Below are positions 26,762 through 41,610 of a DNA stretch of 64,000 nucleotides, one piece after another (positions within the stretch are counted from its first letter, which is position 1; every line of letters begins with the position of its first letter). Both the position numbers and the translations under genes were made by a program. This stretch comes from Octopus vulgaris (Eukaryota), in NCBI GenBank assembly GCA_951406725.2, contig OX597832.1:63426001-63490000 (forward strand), given 5' to 3'. The notes under the pieces were generated by a model. That model was given only the letters and a program-made list of their open reading frames with translations, did no database searches and was not told the DNA's origin.

Positions 26762-27303
26762 CCTGATGCAGTACCAGGCAGTGGCTCTCGTAGCTTCTGA
26801 TCTTAACTAATTGAAAGTGTTATGTACATTGTTTTGTCTTGGTATAAAAAACGGACTACAGCAAATATTCTGCTCAATACCACAGATTTGCTTGTCAGTT
26901 GTTTGACCTTAACCAGTTGAGCATGTCCCTTAGTGGCTGACGATATGTGCATCTCTGATCACAAGCAGAAGTAGTGGGGGAGTATCATAGCCATGTGTTG
27001 AGAGGTTTGAATAATTCACCTCTGGAAACATGGGTGTTTCATTCAACATCCTTAAACAACCCTTATTCAAGGACCATTTGAGCAGGTTGGGCTACTTGAC
27101 CTGAAGAAAATTCTGAGTCCCACCTGCAAGGTCATGCACTGTTTATCTTGATACGAGATGACCATATCGCACACATATGATTGTGATGCATGTACCTAGT
27201 GTACCCTTATCAGACGGGTAGTCATGATAGGTATACTGGGATTCATATATTTTACCCCAGTGTCACTTTGATGGCATTCACTGCTCTCTCACTCAATAAT
27301 AAT
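26762..27303. mobile_element. Unclassified interspersed repeat flanked by (AAT)n
   Basis: A second, homologous partial copy lies at about 37750-38145 and is also followed by (AAT)n. Confidence 0.65.
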
Positions 27304-27561
27304 GGTCACTCCTGTTGGTTTCAAAGCCTCTCCCTCAGAGTGAAAGCAGACTGTATGAGTGCAAACAGCCATGCTACATGGCAATGAAAAACAGGGGCTG
27401 TAACTGCGAAGGACATGAGTAAACTTGTAAGAAATGAAGATGCTATGCTTTGCTAGATGTGCAATGTCAGTGTGCATGTACGAAAGAGTGTAAGCATCTT
27501 AAGAGAAAAGTTGGGCATAAGAGGCATCAAATGTGGTGTGCAAGAGAGACAACTCCACATG

Positions 27562-27793
27562 CAGGGTACCCCAAAAGTAGATTTACTGTTATTCAACTAT
27601 CTCTTTCACATTCATATATTAACATTTTAAATCTTTATTAAAAAATATGAAACCATTATTCTATGCTAATTTAGTCAATTTTGTCAAGCTCCCTTTTCAG
27701 TCTGTAAGATAGAAATTTAAATGTAATAAAATATTTTAAAAGAAATTTAAAATGCCTTCGTTATAACTGTAAACCTACTTTTGAGCCACCCTG
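27562..27793. mobile_element. Tc1/mariner-type MITE (232 bp)
   Basis: TIRs cagggtaccccaaaagtagatttactgtta and taactgtaaacctactttttgagccaccctg, followed by TA. Confidence 0.65.
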
Positions 27794-27807
27794 TATATAT
27801 GTATATA

Positions 27808-27869
<62 letters not shown>

Positions 27870-29039
27870 AGCTTGCTTCTTAACTACATGGTTTCGGGTT
27901 CAGTCCCACTGCGTGGCACTTTGGGTAGGTGTCTTCCGCTATAGCCCCGAACCAACCAGAGCTTTGTGATTAAATTCGGTAGACGGGAGTTACTGCCATG
28001 TGTGTATGTGTGCGTATAGCTGCTCAGTGCCTCTCCGAAAGAGAGAGAGGGATATATATATATATATATATATGCATGCATGTGTGTTACTACATTTTCC
28101 AATGTGTCCTTTCTGTTAGTGAGTGATCTGAGGGTAATTTGGCTGCTATATCCTAGTAGTCTAAATGTGTGTTTAAAGGCCATCCCTTGTTGGCTTACAG
28201 AAAACTTTACAGCTGTTGAGTATTCCCAGATTAGTCAGTCAAACAAAACTCATAAAAGGCATTCCACTCATGATAATCCTGTCAGCTGTACTTCAGAATT
28301 TATCTTCTTCATAAAAGCTTTCAAGATGGCAGAGTGTGATAGAGAGAAACATTTAGCTGCCTTTTACTTCAGTCACTCTTTTGTTTCCTGTAATAATAAT
28401 TCTTAACTTAAGCACAGGCATGGCTGCGTAGTAAGAAGTTTACTTCCTGATCATATGGTTCCACGTTCAGTCCAACTGCATGGCACCTTGGCTGAGTATA
28501 ATTTTCTGTAGCACCAGGCCAACTAATATCTTGAGAGTGGATATGGAAGGCTGAAACTGAGAGTGTCTGTCATTACTTGGTGACACCGCTGGGGTTGGTG
28601 CCATGGAAAAAAAGCACCAATACTGGTGCCACATAAGCACCCAATACACTCTGAAAAGTGACTGGTGTTAAGAAGGGCATCCTGCTGTAGAAATCCTACC
28701 AAAGCAGATGATGGAGCCTGATGCAGATATCTGGACTTGCCAGCTCCTTTCAAACTGTCCAACCCATGCCAGCATGGAAAACAGACAATAAATGATGATG
28801 ATTATATATATATATATATACACACGCCCACACACATGCATGCATGCATGTGTCTCCTTGTCATGACATCATGGTAATTGTAAATGATTGTCAATGTTGT
28901 ACAAGCAGTTTCATTCATTTTCAATATGCCTGGAGATGGGGAAACAGGTGAGGTTTGGTGGCAGGAAAGGCATCCGGCCATAGAAAAACTCTATCCAACC
29001 CATGCATTCATGAAACAGTGAACATTAGAATGATGATGA

Positions 29040-29953
29040 CACAAGGCAACAAACACATTGAGGATTTTGGCTGGGACTGTACCTGGAAGTACTCGACTGG
29101 TAAATTATTATATTGACATTAGAAGGATTAAAAGGCAAAGTTGGCCTTGGTAGGATTTGAACTCAGTGTGTAAAGCAACAGAATAAATACTGCAAGACAT
29201 ATTGCTTGATGTTCTAATGATTCTGCCATCTGATAACAATAATAATCCTTTCTATTATAGGCACAAAGCCTGAAATTTGGGGGAAGAAGGCTAGTTGATT
29301 ACATCACCCCTAGTACATGACTGCTACTTAATTTATCAACTCTGAAAGGATGAAAGGCAAAGTTGACCTCGGCAGAATTTGAACTCAGAACATAAAGATG
29401 GATGAAATGCCACTAAGCATTTTACCTGGCATAGTAATGACTCTTCCAGCTCACTGCCTCTAATTTAACAATCCTTTTTATTCTGGACACAAGGCCTGAA
29501 ATTTGGGAAGAGGGGGGCAAGTTGATTAGATCAAGCCCTGTATGCAACTGGCACTTGACTGACCCTGAAAGGATTCAGACAAAGTTGACCTCGGCAGATT
29601 TTGAACTCAGAACATAAAGACATACGAAATACTACTAAGCATTTTGCCCAGCATGCTAACGATTCTGCCAGCTCGCTGCCTTTAATCTAACAATAATGAA
29701 AATAACCAAGATTGTTAATAGATGAAACAGAATGGCTAATCGATCCCTGTATGCAACTGGTACTTAATTGATCGACCCTGAAAGGATGAAAAGCAAAGTC
29801 GACCTCAGCAGATTTTGAACTCAGAACATAAAGACAGACAAAATACCACTAAGCATTTCGCCCAGCATGCTAACAATTCTGCCAGCTCGCCACCTTTAAT
29901 CTAACAATAATAAAGATAACCAAGATTGTTAATAGATGAAACAGAATGGCTAA
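29040..29953 (-). mobile_element. Stack of family B SINEs (Nin-domain-like) including a ~205-bp tandem duplication
   Basis: Repeated aaaggatgaaaggcaaagttgacctcggcagaatttgaactcagaac units. 29536-29739 and 29745-29953 are direct repeats that include non-SINE flank. Confidence 0.8.
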
Positions 29954-31555
29954 CAGTTTTCCTTACAAAGCTGACTGACTTTTGCAACACAGAAAAACAT
30001 TCTTGCACAAAATTATGAAAGAAGGCTTCATGTGTATTAAATATGATAAACTTTGTACCACAGAACCAAAACTCAGACAGTTGGGTATCAAAGGAGTTAA
30101 TCTACATTTTCACTAAAGTCACGTGTGAATCAGATGTATCTGCTTGGCCACAACTATCAGCTGAGCAAATACTTTAGCCCAGTTGTTCTTATCCTCCAAT
30201 CAGCCCTTCCTTTTCCCTATCATCACTCTTTTTTTTTCCTCCTCTGATAAACAAATTAAAATGATTACAGAAGTGAGATAAAATTACGTGCAAGAAAGCT
30301 AGCATTACTGATGTAAAGGATCTGTGGGGTTATTTTTATTTTTTTTCCTTTCACAACTCTTTGTACTTCCAGCCTTGCTACATGCATATATACATTCTTT
30401 TTTAATGAGTAGCAGAAATAACGGTAAAGCATCCTCACCATTTATAACATCCATGTTCTATGCTGGCATGGTTTGGATGGTCCAAGGCCTGCATAGAGCT
30501 CCAAGGTCTGCTTTGACATGATTTCTACAACTGGATGCCCTTCCTAACACCAACCGCTTTACAGCATTTACTGGGTGTTTTTTTTTTTTTTGGTGCCATC
30601 AGGCAACTCACAGAACTACAAACCCTGGGTAAAGCTGTAAAATCTGGGTAGGGTTGAAGGGTGGATGAGCAATAAACCACAAGCTAAGGAAGATAAAAGG
30701 ATGCAGAAGGGAGGATGGGCATGGCAAGAATAGTAATGGTGATACAGTTGATAAGGAGAAGACAAGAGAGGTAGATGGCATAGTTGGAAAGTCTGCAGAA
30801 GTTGTCTACAAGTATTTAATGAACATCCCTTTAAGCTGTGAGTTCAAATCTTTGCCTTTTATCCCAAGGTACCAACAAATATATTTGGGTTGAATTAATT
30901 GTTTATACACCTTCCCTTCAAAAATTTCTGGCTTTTTACGAATGTTAGAAATCAATATATATTTTGATGAAATAGATAAAAACCAGGTGGAGGTCCATAG
31001 AACTTTCTATAAATAAATTTGGTAGAAGGAAACTTAAAGAAGCCTATCACGTGTTTGTGCATACACATACATCTGAGTGAGTGTTTGTGTGTTTGTACAT
31101 GTGTGTGCATGCTTCCACATGTTGCTGCACATGTGTGTGTGTGCGTGCACATGCATGCATGCTTATTTACTTCTCTGTCTTACAAAAGTCACAAGCTATG
31201 AGCAGTGTTGCCCTTTCTATCAACAAATCATCATCTGCCTGCTTCATACCTTTCTAAATTGTTTGAAATAAGAGATTTTTTCTTTGAAATACAAGTAAGA
31301 GTTAGTGATAGCGTAGGACATCTGACTACAAAGCAATGACTATAGGACATTCGACTATAAAACTTAATAACAAAGCCATCAAACCCATGCTAGCATGGGG
31401 AAAATGAACATTAAACAAACAAACATAAGGGACGTGCAAATGTGGGAAAAAGAGAAAGGGGTTGACATATTAACCAACAAATACATATACTTAAATACAT
31501 AAACAGACATGGAGACATGAGACAAACAGACAGACATGGAAGCAGACCTACTTAC

Positions 31556-31622
31556 CTGATACTGTTGTATGAGTTTTAGCACCACCAAGTTCCTCTTGGG
31601 TAACATCTTCATTCGTCACAGA
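31556..31622 (-). CDS. PCCB: PCCB internal coding exon (SVTNEDVTQEELGGAKTHTTVS-G), 67 nt
   Basis: Reverse complement reads ttttttag|TCTGTGACGAATGAAGAT...GTATCAG|gtaag. The peptide matches the conserved PCCB segment and its phase joins the exon at 20273. Confidence 0.95.
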
Positions 31623-33824
31623 CTAAAAAACAAAATGATAAATACGTTATTTTTAAATAGTTTAAAACAAATTCAAAAACCATTTTTCGTTTTATTTTGC
31701 AACTTTTAGTTTTGTTTTTATAAATATTATTGTATCTGTTCTCATTGTCTAATTTCTAACAATTTGAACCGGTTACACACAGATTGATGTTAAGATGAGC
31801 GACATACTTTAGAAGCCTGTTGAAGTACCTACCAACTAAAGAGTCAAAAAAGCTTGGGAATCTTCTTTGTCACTCTCTCACACACAGATCATTTTTACTG
31901 TCAATATTTTGTGGTGTATTTAGGCAAATACACTTAATTCTAAACAGCCCAGTTCACATAAGCAGGTTTGTCAAGAATAACCACCAGAGATCTTCAAGGA
32001 ATGTTACTTGAGACACACTGACATCCAAACCATGTATATGGAGAACCTCGCCTACTATGAAACCTGAACTGTCATAGGTGTGAGCATGTGAGAGTAAGCA
32101 TGAATGTGTGTGTTTATGTGTATCAAAACTGACACCTTAAGCCTCAAAACATTGAGAACCAGTGCTGATAACCAAACTCTGGCTACATGCCAAAAGCCAG
32201 CGTCCTTACCACTAGACATTACTCAGGGTATGCTCAATAGCCATAGCTGTCAAACACACACAAACACAGTAAAAAGACATGCTCCTTGATATCCTCAAAT
32301 ACTTTTCAGAAGAAAGTCCCTATTCACATAAGTCTTTAGCCTTCTCTCACTGAAAATGTATCCTTCTTGGACAATCAAATTTCAATGCTCCCCCTCCCCC
32401 ACTCCTTCTCTACTATAAATCATATCACAGACTGGCTCTACTCTTCAGTAAACTACAGAGACCAGGGTTGAACACCAGCCCAAACAAAACATTGTGATTA
32501 GGAACGAAATTGCTTTACAGGTCATATCAATCATGTCTGTAGATCTCCTCACAAAACCAAACCAATAACTTCTAAATGCAGAAATCTGTTTGATGATGAT
32601 GCTACAACTACCATTATCATTACCACACCTACCCCCACCACCAATCTCTGCTGCTATTCTCAACATCACAACTATCTTCAGCCTCATCATCATCACTATT
32701 GCTATCATTATCCTTCCATTACAAGTAACACATGACCCACCCATCGTAATCCTTTCTCCATTTTCCTCACCATCACCACCATTCTCCACATTTATATTAA
32801 TTTATCAATTATCAAATCAACATTATCCTTTCCCACTCAACTGACATGAAGATAAGAAACTTCAGGTTAATTCACTGACGAGTAAAGTCTGCCATACTCC
32901 TACCTCAGCATACATCCACTCACACCGACTTTTTTTGTTGGTTTTTTAATCATGTTTAGGTAATTAAGCAGAAACTATTTCTTCACTAGATTCTTAGGAT
33001 AACATAAAACAGTCTATAACTCCTTATCTATTTTGGTATGTTAATGATATAGACGTAGGGCACAGAAATCGGAACTGTGGAGTTACAGGGTGTGTTGTTG
33101 AATGCACTGGTCAGGACCAGTCTGAACAGGCCTATGAGAGAAGGTGAGTGAGCAGTAGGAAGGGCTGGAATCACGGAAGGGCAACAACTGTGACCTTTTG
33201 CAGGGATTCCAGCAATATGAAGCATCACAACTCAAGATTGTATAATCCTAAGATTGGAAACTGGGTTCAAAATTTTACAGCAGAACCAACTCCATCAAAG
33301 ACACCCACTGACCTGAAGGTGATTGTTGTTTTTGTTGTTATGTAACCCTGGTCAGATTTATAAGAGTAGCCTACAAGTATAGATACAGCCAGCTGAAGGA
33401 TTTGGAGTAATTAATTGGCATCTTATTCTTGTGTTATGCACAAGAACTAAACTAAAAGTTTGGTTGTCTGCATTTTCACTATTCATACCCATTTATGTTA
33501 TCCAAAGAACCTGGTGAAGAAATAGTGATATGTCATAATATCCTGATCACTCCTACATGTTTTTTTCACCAATCAACAAGTGTCCTGACAAACAGGATAT
33601 GCCAGGGCAATTGGTCAACTATTATACATACCCTTAACCCTGCAGCATCTAAGCCAGCCATATCTGACCCAAATAATGTACCCATTGCATGTTTGAACAT
33701 GAAACGGGTACAGTTTGAACTGGCCAGATCCAGCTATCCTAAACTCATTCTAAAAATTAAAAAATCACATCATTGAAATCCCAAAGCTATGAGACAATGC
33801 ATGATTAATTAAAAACAATATGAA

Positions 33825-34755
33825 CAAGAGCACTCAGGGAGTGCAAACCCCAACCAAGGCAACACCAACGTCCTCTTGATTAGCCAGAAATGATTTTTAA
33901 AATGAGAATATCTGAAATAAACTTGACTGCTCTCACAAATGAGAATACTAAAAATGAACCCAACCGCTCTCAAAATTTAAATTTTAAAAAATGGAAAAAT
34001 AATCCAGAATCTTTGTCTGGTATCTGATCGATCCCAATGGTATTCATGGAATATAAAGGTGGCTGTAGAAAATTTAGTAATAGCAATACATTGTTTATCC
34101 TTATCTAATATTATAAGCCAAAGTTAACAAATTCACTATTCAAAATAGTTTCAAAAGTGGAGGTAATAATAACAAGTTCTACTCAGGAATTTTTAAATGA
34201 ATAGCCCTTTTGGTTTTCTCTTCTCTTAAATTCCAGCCTTCCTTTAGTATTCCTGTTGTTTTAGATCAATGTATAGATGTGTGTATATATATGTAAGTAT
34301 ACTGTAAACTGTTAATAATGCATGTATAATATATAATATATATATATTATAAAAATATGTTAGTGCTATTTAATTTCTGAACAGTTTTGTTGCTGTTTGT
34401 TTATGTAGTTTGATTTCTTTATCCAGCAGTTTCTACTAAGATAGAGACATGAGTAAAATTAATAACAGAGAAACAAAAATAAAACATTGGAAACAGACAA
34501 AAGGGAGATAATGGAGAAAAATTTGAAAGTCAACGTAAGATCATAATCATGTAAAGTAAATATAACAAATAATCCAGCATCCTTGTCTGGTACCAGATCG
34601 ATCCCAAAATCTAATCAGTCCGTGCCAGTCTTGAGGTCAAATATCCCTGAAAGTTTCGTCCAAATCCATCAAGCTATTCTTGAGATATCTTGTCTACAGA
34701 CAAACAGACAAACACGACTGAAAACAATACCTCCACTTTTGCTAAGGCAGGCATA
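33825..34755 (+). mobile_element. Possible Helentron-derived non-autonomous element (HINE-like), interrupted
   Basis: Starts acaagagcactcag; internal ~40-bp direct repeat (33998 and 34568); (GACA)n; 3' hairpin-like end aatacctccac...ggcaggcataa. Confidence 0.4.
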
Positions 34756-36009
34756 ATAAATGAGTATTACACTTGACAGAGTAATCTCTGTAAATAAACT
34801 ACAGATGTCAGAGAATGATAATTAAGGGTTCTACCCAAAATCTCATGTTTGTCTTCACCCTATGACACTATCATAACCTACATTTTGATTTAATGGACAC
34901 TTGCTGACACAGATCTCTAATGATCACTTCAAATTCTAGTTGCTGTTGTTTAGCTCCAATCCACTCCTGATTACACAGGCTCATGATCAAAAACTATTCA
35001 ACAGTTATCATCTTTGAATCAGGCATAATGGATCCAGGATTATATTATCCAATATGTCCTATCTTTCTAAAACTGCTCATATTTCCAGAGACAGTTACAT
35101 TTTAAAATATATCTGTTAATGTTAATAGATACAAAATATCTATTGACATTAATATAAATACAGCAGAACATAGAATATGTTCTTAGAAATTGGAGCTGAG
35201 AATTCAATTCTCTTCAGATGTAACTCGACAGCCAAAAGTTACAAGATATTTGTATTCAAACCAAGTCAATTTGTTGTTTTTGTTTTTTATGGCCCCCAAC
35301 CCAACCACTTCCTTTAAATGGAAGAAAATGTATTGTTGTTACCATTTTACTGGAACAAATTCTAATTTCTATAGCATGTAGTAGTTGAAAATTAGGTTTT
35401 CCTCTGTAACAGACACCAGTCTCATTATAGTAAATGCTCACAAAAAAAGTTGAACAAAAAATTTCCAGGCTAATAAAATGTGTGTCAATTATGACTGTCT
35501 TTTATTTGAAGAAGCAAGAATGAGGTACAGAGGGGTCCAATAGTAATATAAAAGGAGAGTAAGTCAGTCAACTCTCCAGCTTTTGTAATACAAGAATAAA
35601 TCAACAATGCAGAGTCTATTATTTGCTTACAGCAATAAGATAAGTTTTTACATTCTTGAAATAAGAGAGATTCCACAGTCACCTGACAGCCAAATTCCCT
35701 CAGCTCAAATTTATCTTGAAAAACAAAAAAAAAAGGACATAAAAAATTGTTGTAATCCCAACATTATTGACATTTCAAATCATGAAGCTTAGGGGCAGTC
35801 GATTTACGGCCATGGGCTGCATGCAGCCCATCACAGAGTTTTCTGCAGTCTGTGGAAGCATTCAGCAAAAACATTTTCCAGCCACATGGTTCCAGGTTCA
35901 GTCCCACTGCACGGCACCTGGGGCAAGTGTCTTCTACTATAGCCTCGGGCCAACCAAAGCCTTCTGAGTGGAGTTGGTAGACAGAAACTGAAAGAAGCCT
36001 GTCATGTGT

Positions 36010-36046
<37 letters not shown>

Positions 36047-37248
36047 TGTGTGTGTGTTTGTGTGTCTGTGTTTGTCTCCCCTACCATCACTTGACAACCG
36101 ATGTTGGTGTGTTTACATCCCCATAACTTCGCAGTTCAGCAAAAGAGATCGATAGAATAAGTACTAGACTTGCAAAGTTAAAGCCCTGGGGGGGTCGATC
36201 TGTTTGACTAAATGCAGTGCTCCAGCATGGCCACAGTCAAATGACTGAAACAAATAAAAGAATAAAAAAAAACAAAGAACACACAGTACAGTACTGCTTC
36301 TACTTCGCAGATTTTCATCTATCATGGAGGGTTGGAACGTAACACCCATGATAGTCAAGGGATTACTGTAATGGCTCAAACAGCTGCAACTCCCTGACTT
36401 GCAGAGATAAGACAACCAAATGAATAATTCATTGAACTAGCAGCTCATTGATCAGGATTTCAAATTTATTGTTTGAGTTTTGTTGTCTTACGGAGTACAA
36501 CAGTTTATTATGAATTGCTTCAGTTCTGTGTTATTTGTTATTAACAACAATCTGATACCCAAGTCAATGGGAGATTTACAGTTTAAAATCTCTTGCCCTT
36601 GAAAAGCCTTATGGACTCCTTAACATGAATATATAGTTGAAATTAGTCTATGACATTGTCAGGTCATACATTGAGTTACATCAATAATACAAAACATTAA
36701 AAATAAAAGTTTATAATGATATGCAATAAAATTTCAAATTTACAGCATATAATAAGGAAAAAGAATATATTTCGATGCTGAATCATTTCAAGGAAATGAA
36801 ATTAATTAGGAAACTAATAGTGACATTTGCTTGCATCAGCAAAATTTAATCAAGTAAGATTTTAAAATTAGTGAGGATCCTGCCTAAAATATTAGAATTC
36901 TTTTCAGCTAGCACATGAAAAATTGAGCATTTTTTTTTTTTCTTTCTTCCAAAATTTTATTTCTAGGAAATAACGATTTTTTCAAAGATAACAGAGTACA
37001 GCAAAATAATAACAATAACAGAAATTTTAAATTTGGGTCCAAGACCTAAAATTTTGGGGATGGGGCCCGTCAACAGCATCAACACCAGTATATGACTGGT
37101 ACTTATTTTATTGACCCCAAAAGGATGAAAGCATTATCATCATTTAACATCAGCTTTCCATGCTGGCATGGATTGGATGGTATGACTGAAAACTGGTAAG
37201 CAGGGGGGGGGGCTGCACCAGGTCGCAATCTGATTTAGCAAGATTTCT

Positions 37249-37479
37249 TGTTTCTTTACTGCCCACAAGGGGCTAAACACAGAGGGGACAAACAAGGACA
37301 GACAAACGGATTAAGTCGATTACATCGACCCCAGTGCGTAACTGGTACTTATTTAATCGACTCCGAAAGGATGAAAGGCAAAGTCGACCTCGGCGGAATT
37401 TGAACTCAGAACGTAACGGCAGACGAAATACGGTTGCGCATTTCGCCCGGCGTGCTAACGTTTCTGCCATCTCACCACC
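37249..37479 (-). mobile_element. Young family B SINE with 14-bp target-site duplication, nested in a (GAT)n-tailed element
   Basis: TSD ttagcaagatttct at 37235-37248 and 37480-37493; CpG-rich head with gagttcaaattcc B box and gcctttcatcctttcggagtcgat central domain. Confidence 0.88.
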
Positions 37480-38148
37480 TTAGCAAGATTTCTACAGCTG
37501 CATACCCTTCCTAACGCCAACTACTCCAAGAGTGTAGTGGGTCCTTTTTACGTGTCGCTGGCATGAGTGTCATTGACCTGACACCAGCATCGGCCATAAC
37601 TATGGTCTCACTTGGCTCGACAGATTTACACAAGCATGGTATATCGTCAAAGGTCTTGGTCACCTGTCATTGCCTCCATGAGGCCCAACGTTCGGTCGGT
37701 GCTTTTTATATGCCACCAGCATGGGTGCCAGTCAGATGGCACTGACATCAGCCACAACTGGCTGATGATATATGCATCTCTGATCTCAAGCAGGAGTAGG
37801 TGGGGAGCATCATAACCATGCGTTGTGAGGAATTCTTTGGGGTTTGAATAATTCACCTCTGGAACATCGGTGTTTCATTCATTATCCTTAAACAACACTT
37901 TCTCAAGGACCTTTTGAGCAGGATGGGCTACTTAACCTAAAGAAAATTCTATCTGGGCCCAACTTGCAAGGCCATGTGCTGTTTATTTCAATATGAGATC
38001 ACCATGTCATACACATATGGTTGTGCCTGGTGTACTCTTATCAGGCGAGTAGTCATGATGGGTGTATTGAGCTTTGTATAATTGTACCCCAATGTCACTT
38101 TGATGGCATGCACTGCTCTTTCAGACAATAATAAAAATAATAATAATC

Positions 38149-39800
38149 GTTTCTGCTATAGGCACCAAGCCTGAAATAAGTGGGGAAGGGGCTAATTAAT
38201 TACATCAACCCCAGTTCTCAACTGATACTTTATTTTACCAACCCCAAAAGGATGAAGGTAAAGTAAACCTCAGGAGAATTTGAATTCAGAACAAAGACAA
38301 AATGCCACTAAACATTTTCTCCTGCACTACGGAAGTGGCGGTTTTTCATCATCGCATATGCACACGACAGCTCATCATCATCATCATTTAATGTTCGTTG
38401 TCCATACTGGCACGGGTTGGATGGTTTGACCAGGGCTGGCAAGCTGAAAGGCTGCACCAGACTCCAATCTGATTTGGGATGGTTTTCTACAGCTGGATGC
38501 CCTTCCTAATGCCAACCACTCCAAGAGTGTAATGGGTGCTTTTATGTGCCGCCAGCACAGGTGCCATTTGTGTGATACTAGTATCTGCCATGACTGCAAT
38601 TTTGCTCAGCTCGATGGGTCTTCTTCCCAAGCACGAAATAATGCCAAATGGACTCAGTCAGTGCCTCCATTAAGCCCAGCACTCTCGGCCTTAATAATGG
38701 TTTCAAATTTTAGCAGAGGCCAACAAGTTCAAGGTGGAGGTTTAAATTGACACCATCAGCTGGTACTTCATTTTATCAATGATGAATGGCAAAACTGACC
38801 ACTGTGGATTTAAACACAGAACATAAAGAATCAGAAGAAATACCACAAAGTATTTTTGCCAACACTCATAATTCTACCAATCCATTACCATAATAATAAT
38901 AATAATCTTTTCTATTATAGGCACAAGGCCTGAAATTTGAGGGAGGGAGTAGTTGATTACATTGACCCCATTACTAAACTGGTACTTAATTTATTGACCC
39001 CGAAAGGATGAAAGATAATAATCCTTTCTACTATAGGCACAAGGCCTGGATTTTGTGGGGAGAGGGAAAGTCAATCACATCGACTTGACTGATACTTAAT
39101 TTATCGACCCCGAAAGGATGAAGGCAAAGTTGACCTTGGCGGAATGTGAACTCAGAATGTAGTGCTTGGCAAAATACCACTAAGCATTTTGTCCATTGTG
39201 CTAACAATTCTGCCAGCTCGCTGCCTGAGTATTAACAGCAATAATAAGTATTTCTACTTGAGGCACAAGGCCTTGAAAATTTTGGGGGAAGGGGGCTAGT
39301 TGATTATATCAACCCCTAGTGCCTAACTGGTACTTATTTCATCGACCCCGAGAGGATGAAAGGTAAAGTCGATCTCGATGGAATTTGAACTCAGAACGTA
39401 ATGGCTGATGAAATACCACTAAGCATTTTACCCAGTGTGCTAAAGTAATAATAATAATAATGGTTTCTAATTTTGGCACAAGGCCAGTAGGTTCAGGGAG
39501 AGTTGTTAATTCAATTACATTAGCACCAGTTTTCAACTGGTATTAATTTTATCGACTCGAAAAAGGATGAAAGATAAAGTTGGCCCCAGCAGAATTTGAA
39601 CTCAGAAACATAAAAATGGAAATATAATAATGATTTCTAATTTAGGGACAAGGCCAGTAACTTTGAAGATAGAGGATTAGTTAATACAACTGATATTTAA
39701 TATTTACTTGACTGGTACTTATTAACTCCCAGAGGGATGATAGGTAAAGCTGACCTTAGTTAGATTTGAACCCAGAATATAGAAATAATAAATAACAGTT
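38149..39800 (-). mobile_element. Head-to-tail cluster of family B SINE copies
   Basis: At least seven co-oriented full or truncated copies (ggcacaaggcc...actggtacttaatttatcgacccc...aaaggatgaaag) separated by (AAT)n. Confidence 0.8.
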
Positions 39801-41391
39801 TCTCACATCAGCAAAAGCAACAAGTTTGTGGGAAGGGTGCAATCAATTTAATCCACTGCCAGCACTTGACTAAAAATTAATTTATTTGCAATTCCTCCCA
39901 CCAAAAAGATGAAAGAAGACTAAATTATCTTCAGTGAGAGTTTATTATTAAAGATTTGTGACTTAGGTACAAAGCTACAAATGAAGTGGATAAGGTAGAG
40001 TGATTGAGTTTACCCCCAGTGCGGCACTGGTCATGGTTAGCTCAAACCTGAGAAGAATGACATAAAAGAGATGTAATTAACTCTCAAAAGCCTTTTAATT
40101 TGGTACTCTCCCACCACCACTCTGCAATTTCCTTGATTACACTTAATTAAAATGATTTCTCACAGCCATTCATACAAAAGCACAGATTTGTAAGATACTG
40201 TGTAAAGTTGGTTGAATCAACATCAGTTCATTTCATCATCATACTCTATGACAAAACTCAAAATCAAATATCTTTCATTTTTTACTTGCTTCAGTTACTT
40301 GAATGTGGCCATGCTGAGGTACCACCTTGAAGGGTTTTAAATACTGGTACTAATTCTGTTGGCCTCTTTTGCCAGACCACTATATTATGGGAATATAAAC
40401 AAACCAACACTGGTTGTCAGGTGGTAGTGGAACAAACTGCCCAAACACAAAGATACACATGACATGCTCCCTTACAGTTTCCACCTCCTAAATTCACTTA
40501 CAAGGCATTGGTCAGTGAAGGGTTTTAATAGAAGACACTTGCCCAAAGTGTCGTACGGTGGGGCTGAACCAGAAATCACATGGTTGCAAAACAAGTTTCT
40601 TAGCAATGCATTCATGCCAACACCTCAATTATATTTAATTAAAATAAACCAGAAATATTAAATGAATAATATTTGTTGTTTCATTTAATTGTTTTTTTCT
40701 GAAATTTGATTCATCTTTTTTCTTCTTTTTTGTTGATTGAGGGGGTGCAATTAGTAAATTTTTTTTTTTTCAAAATACATTCATTAAACTCAGCTTGGTG
40801 TTAAGCTATTTAATGCATACATATAAACTAGTACAAGGCCTTTATAGGGTGCAACTCTTATGCTGTAGGCCTCACTAGGACATTAAAGTTAGAAAGCTTC
40901 AGACTGGTGCAATGTCACCAGCAACAGCATCCTACAAGCACATCATCAACAACATCACAACTGTCACTACTTTATCATTATACTAGAACCTCCACATCAT
41001 CATTGTAGTTGCCACCACCACCATCATACTGCCACCATTGTCTCTATTATCACAACTACCACCATTAGAAACCCCATGGCCCTCTTCTCCAATGTCTATG
41101 CTCAGAATCCAATACTTATCCTTTGGCCATTACAAACACATACAAACATACAACCATCATCACTATCATTTCAATATCTACTGTTACATGCTTATATGGG
41201 TCAGATGACATTTACCAAGGCAGATTTTCTATACCTGGATGCTCTTCCTGTCACCAACCTTCACCTGTTTCCAAGGAAGGTAATATTCCCCTTGGGCCAG
41301 ACATGTTTGCACAGAATATTGGAAACAAATAACACTGCTTGTATGACAGTGACACTCATTTACAACTGCCCCTGAATGTCAAAACAAGGAG

Positions 41392-41422
<31 letters not shown>

Positions 41423-41610
41423 TTATACATATATGTATGGCAAGCTTCTTTCAGTTTCCATCAACTAAATCCACTCACAAGACTTTCATCAGTATGGAGT
41501 TATAGTAGAAGAGAGTTGCTCAAGGCGCCAAGTAGTAGAAATGAATCCAAAACCAAAGCAAAGTTCTTGACCACACAGCAAAACACATCCCTTGAAATTA
41601 ATCGATTTAA

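Noticed and set aside
32445-32844. ORFs of 114 and 84 aa rich in Ile/Pro/Met/Gly
   Set aside because: Degenerate (CAT/CAC)n low-complexity tract.
33100-33135. TGPD-encoding stretch as the candidate missing PCCB micro-exon
   Set aside because: It reads VQTGPDQC rather than LFITGPDVVK and lacks suitable splice sites.
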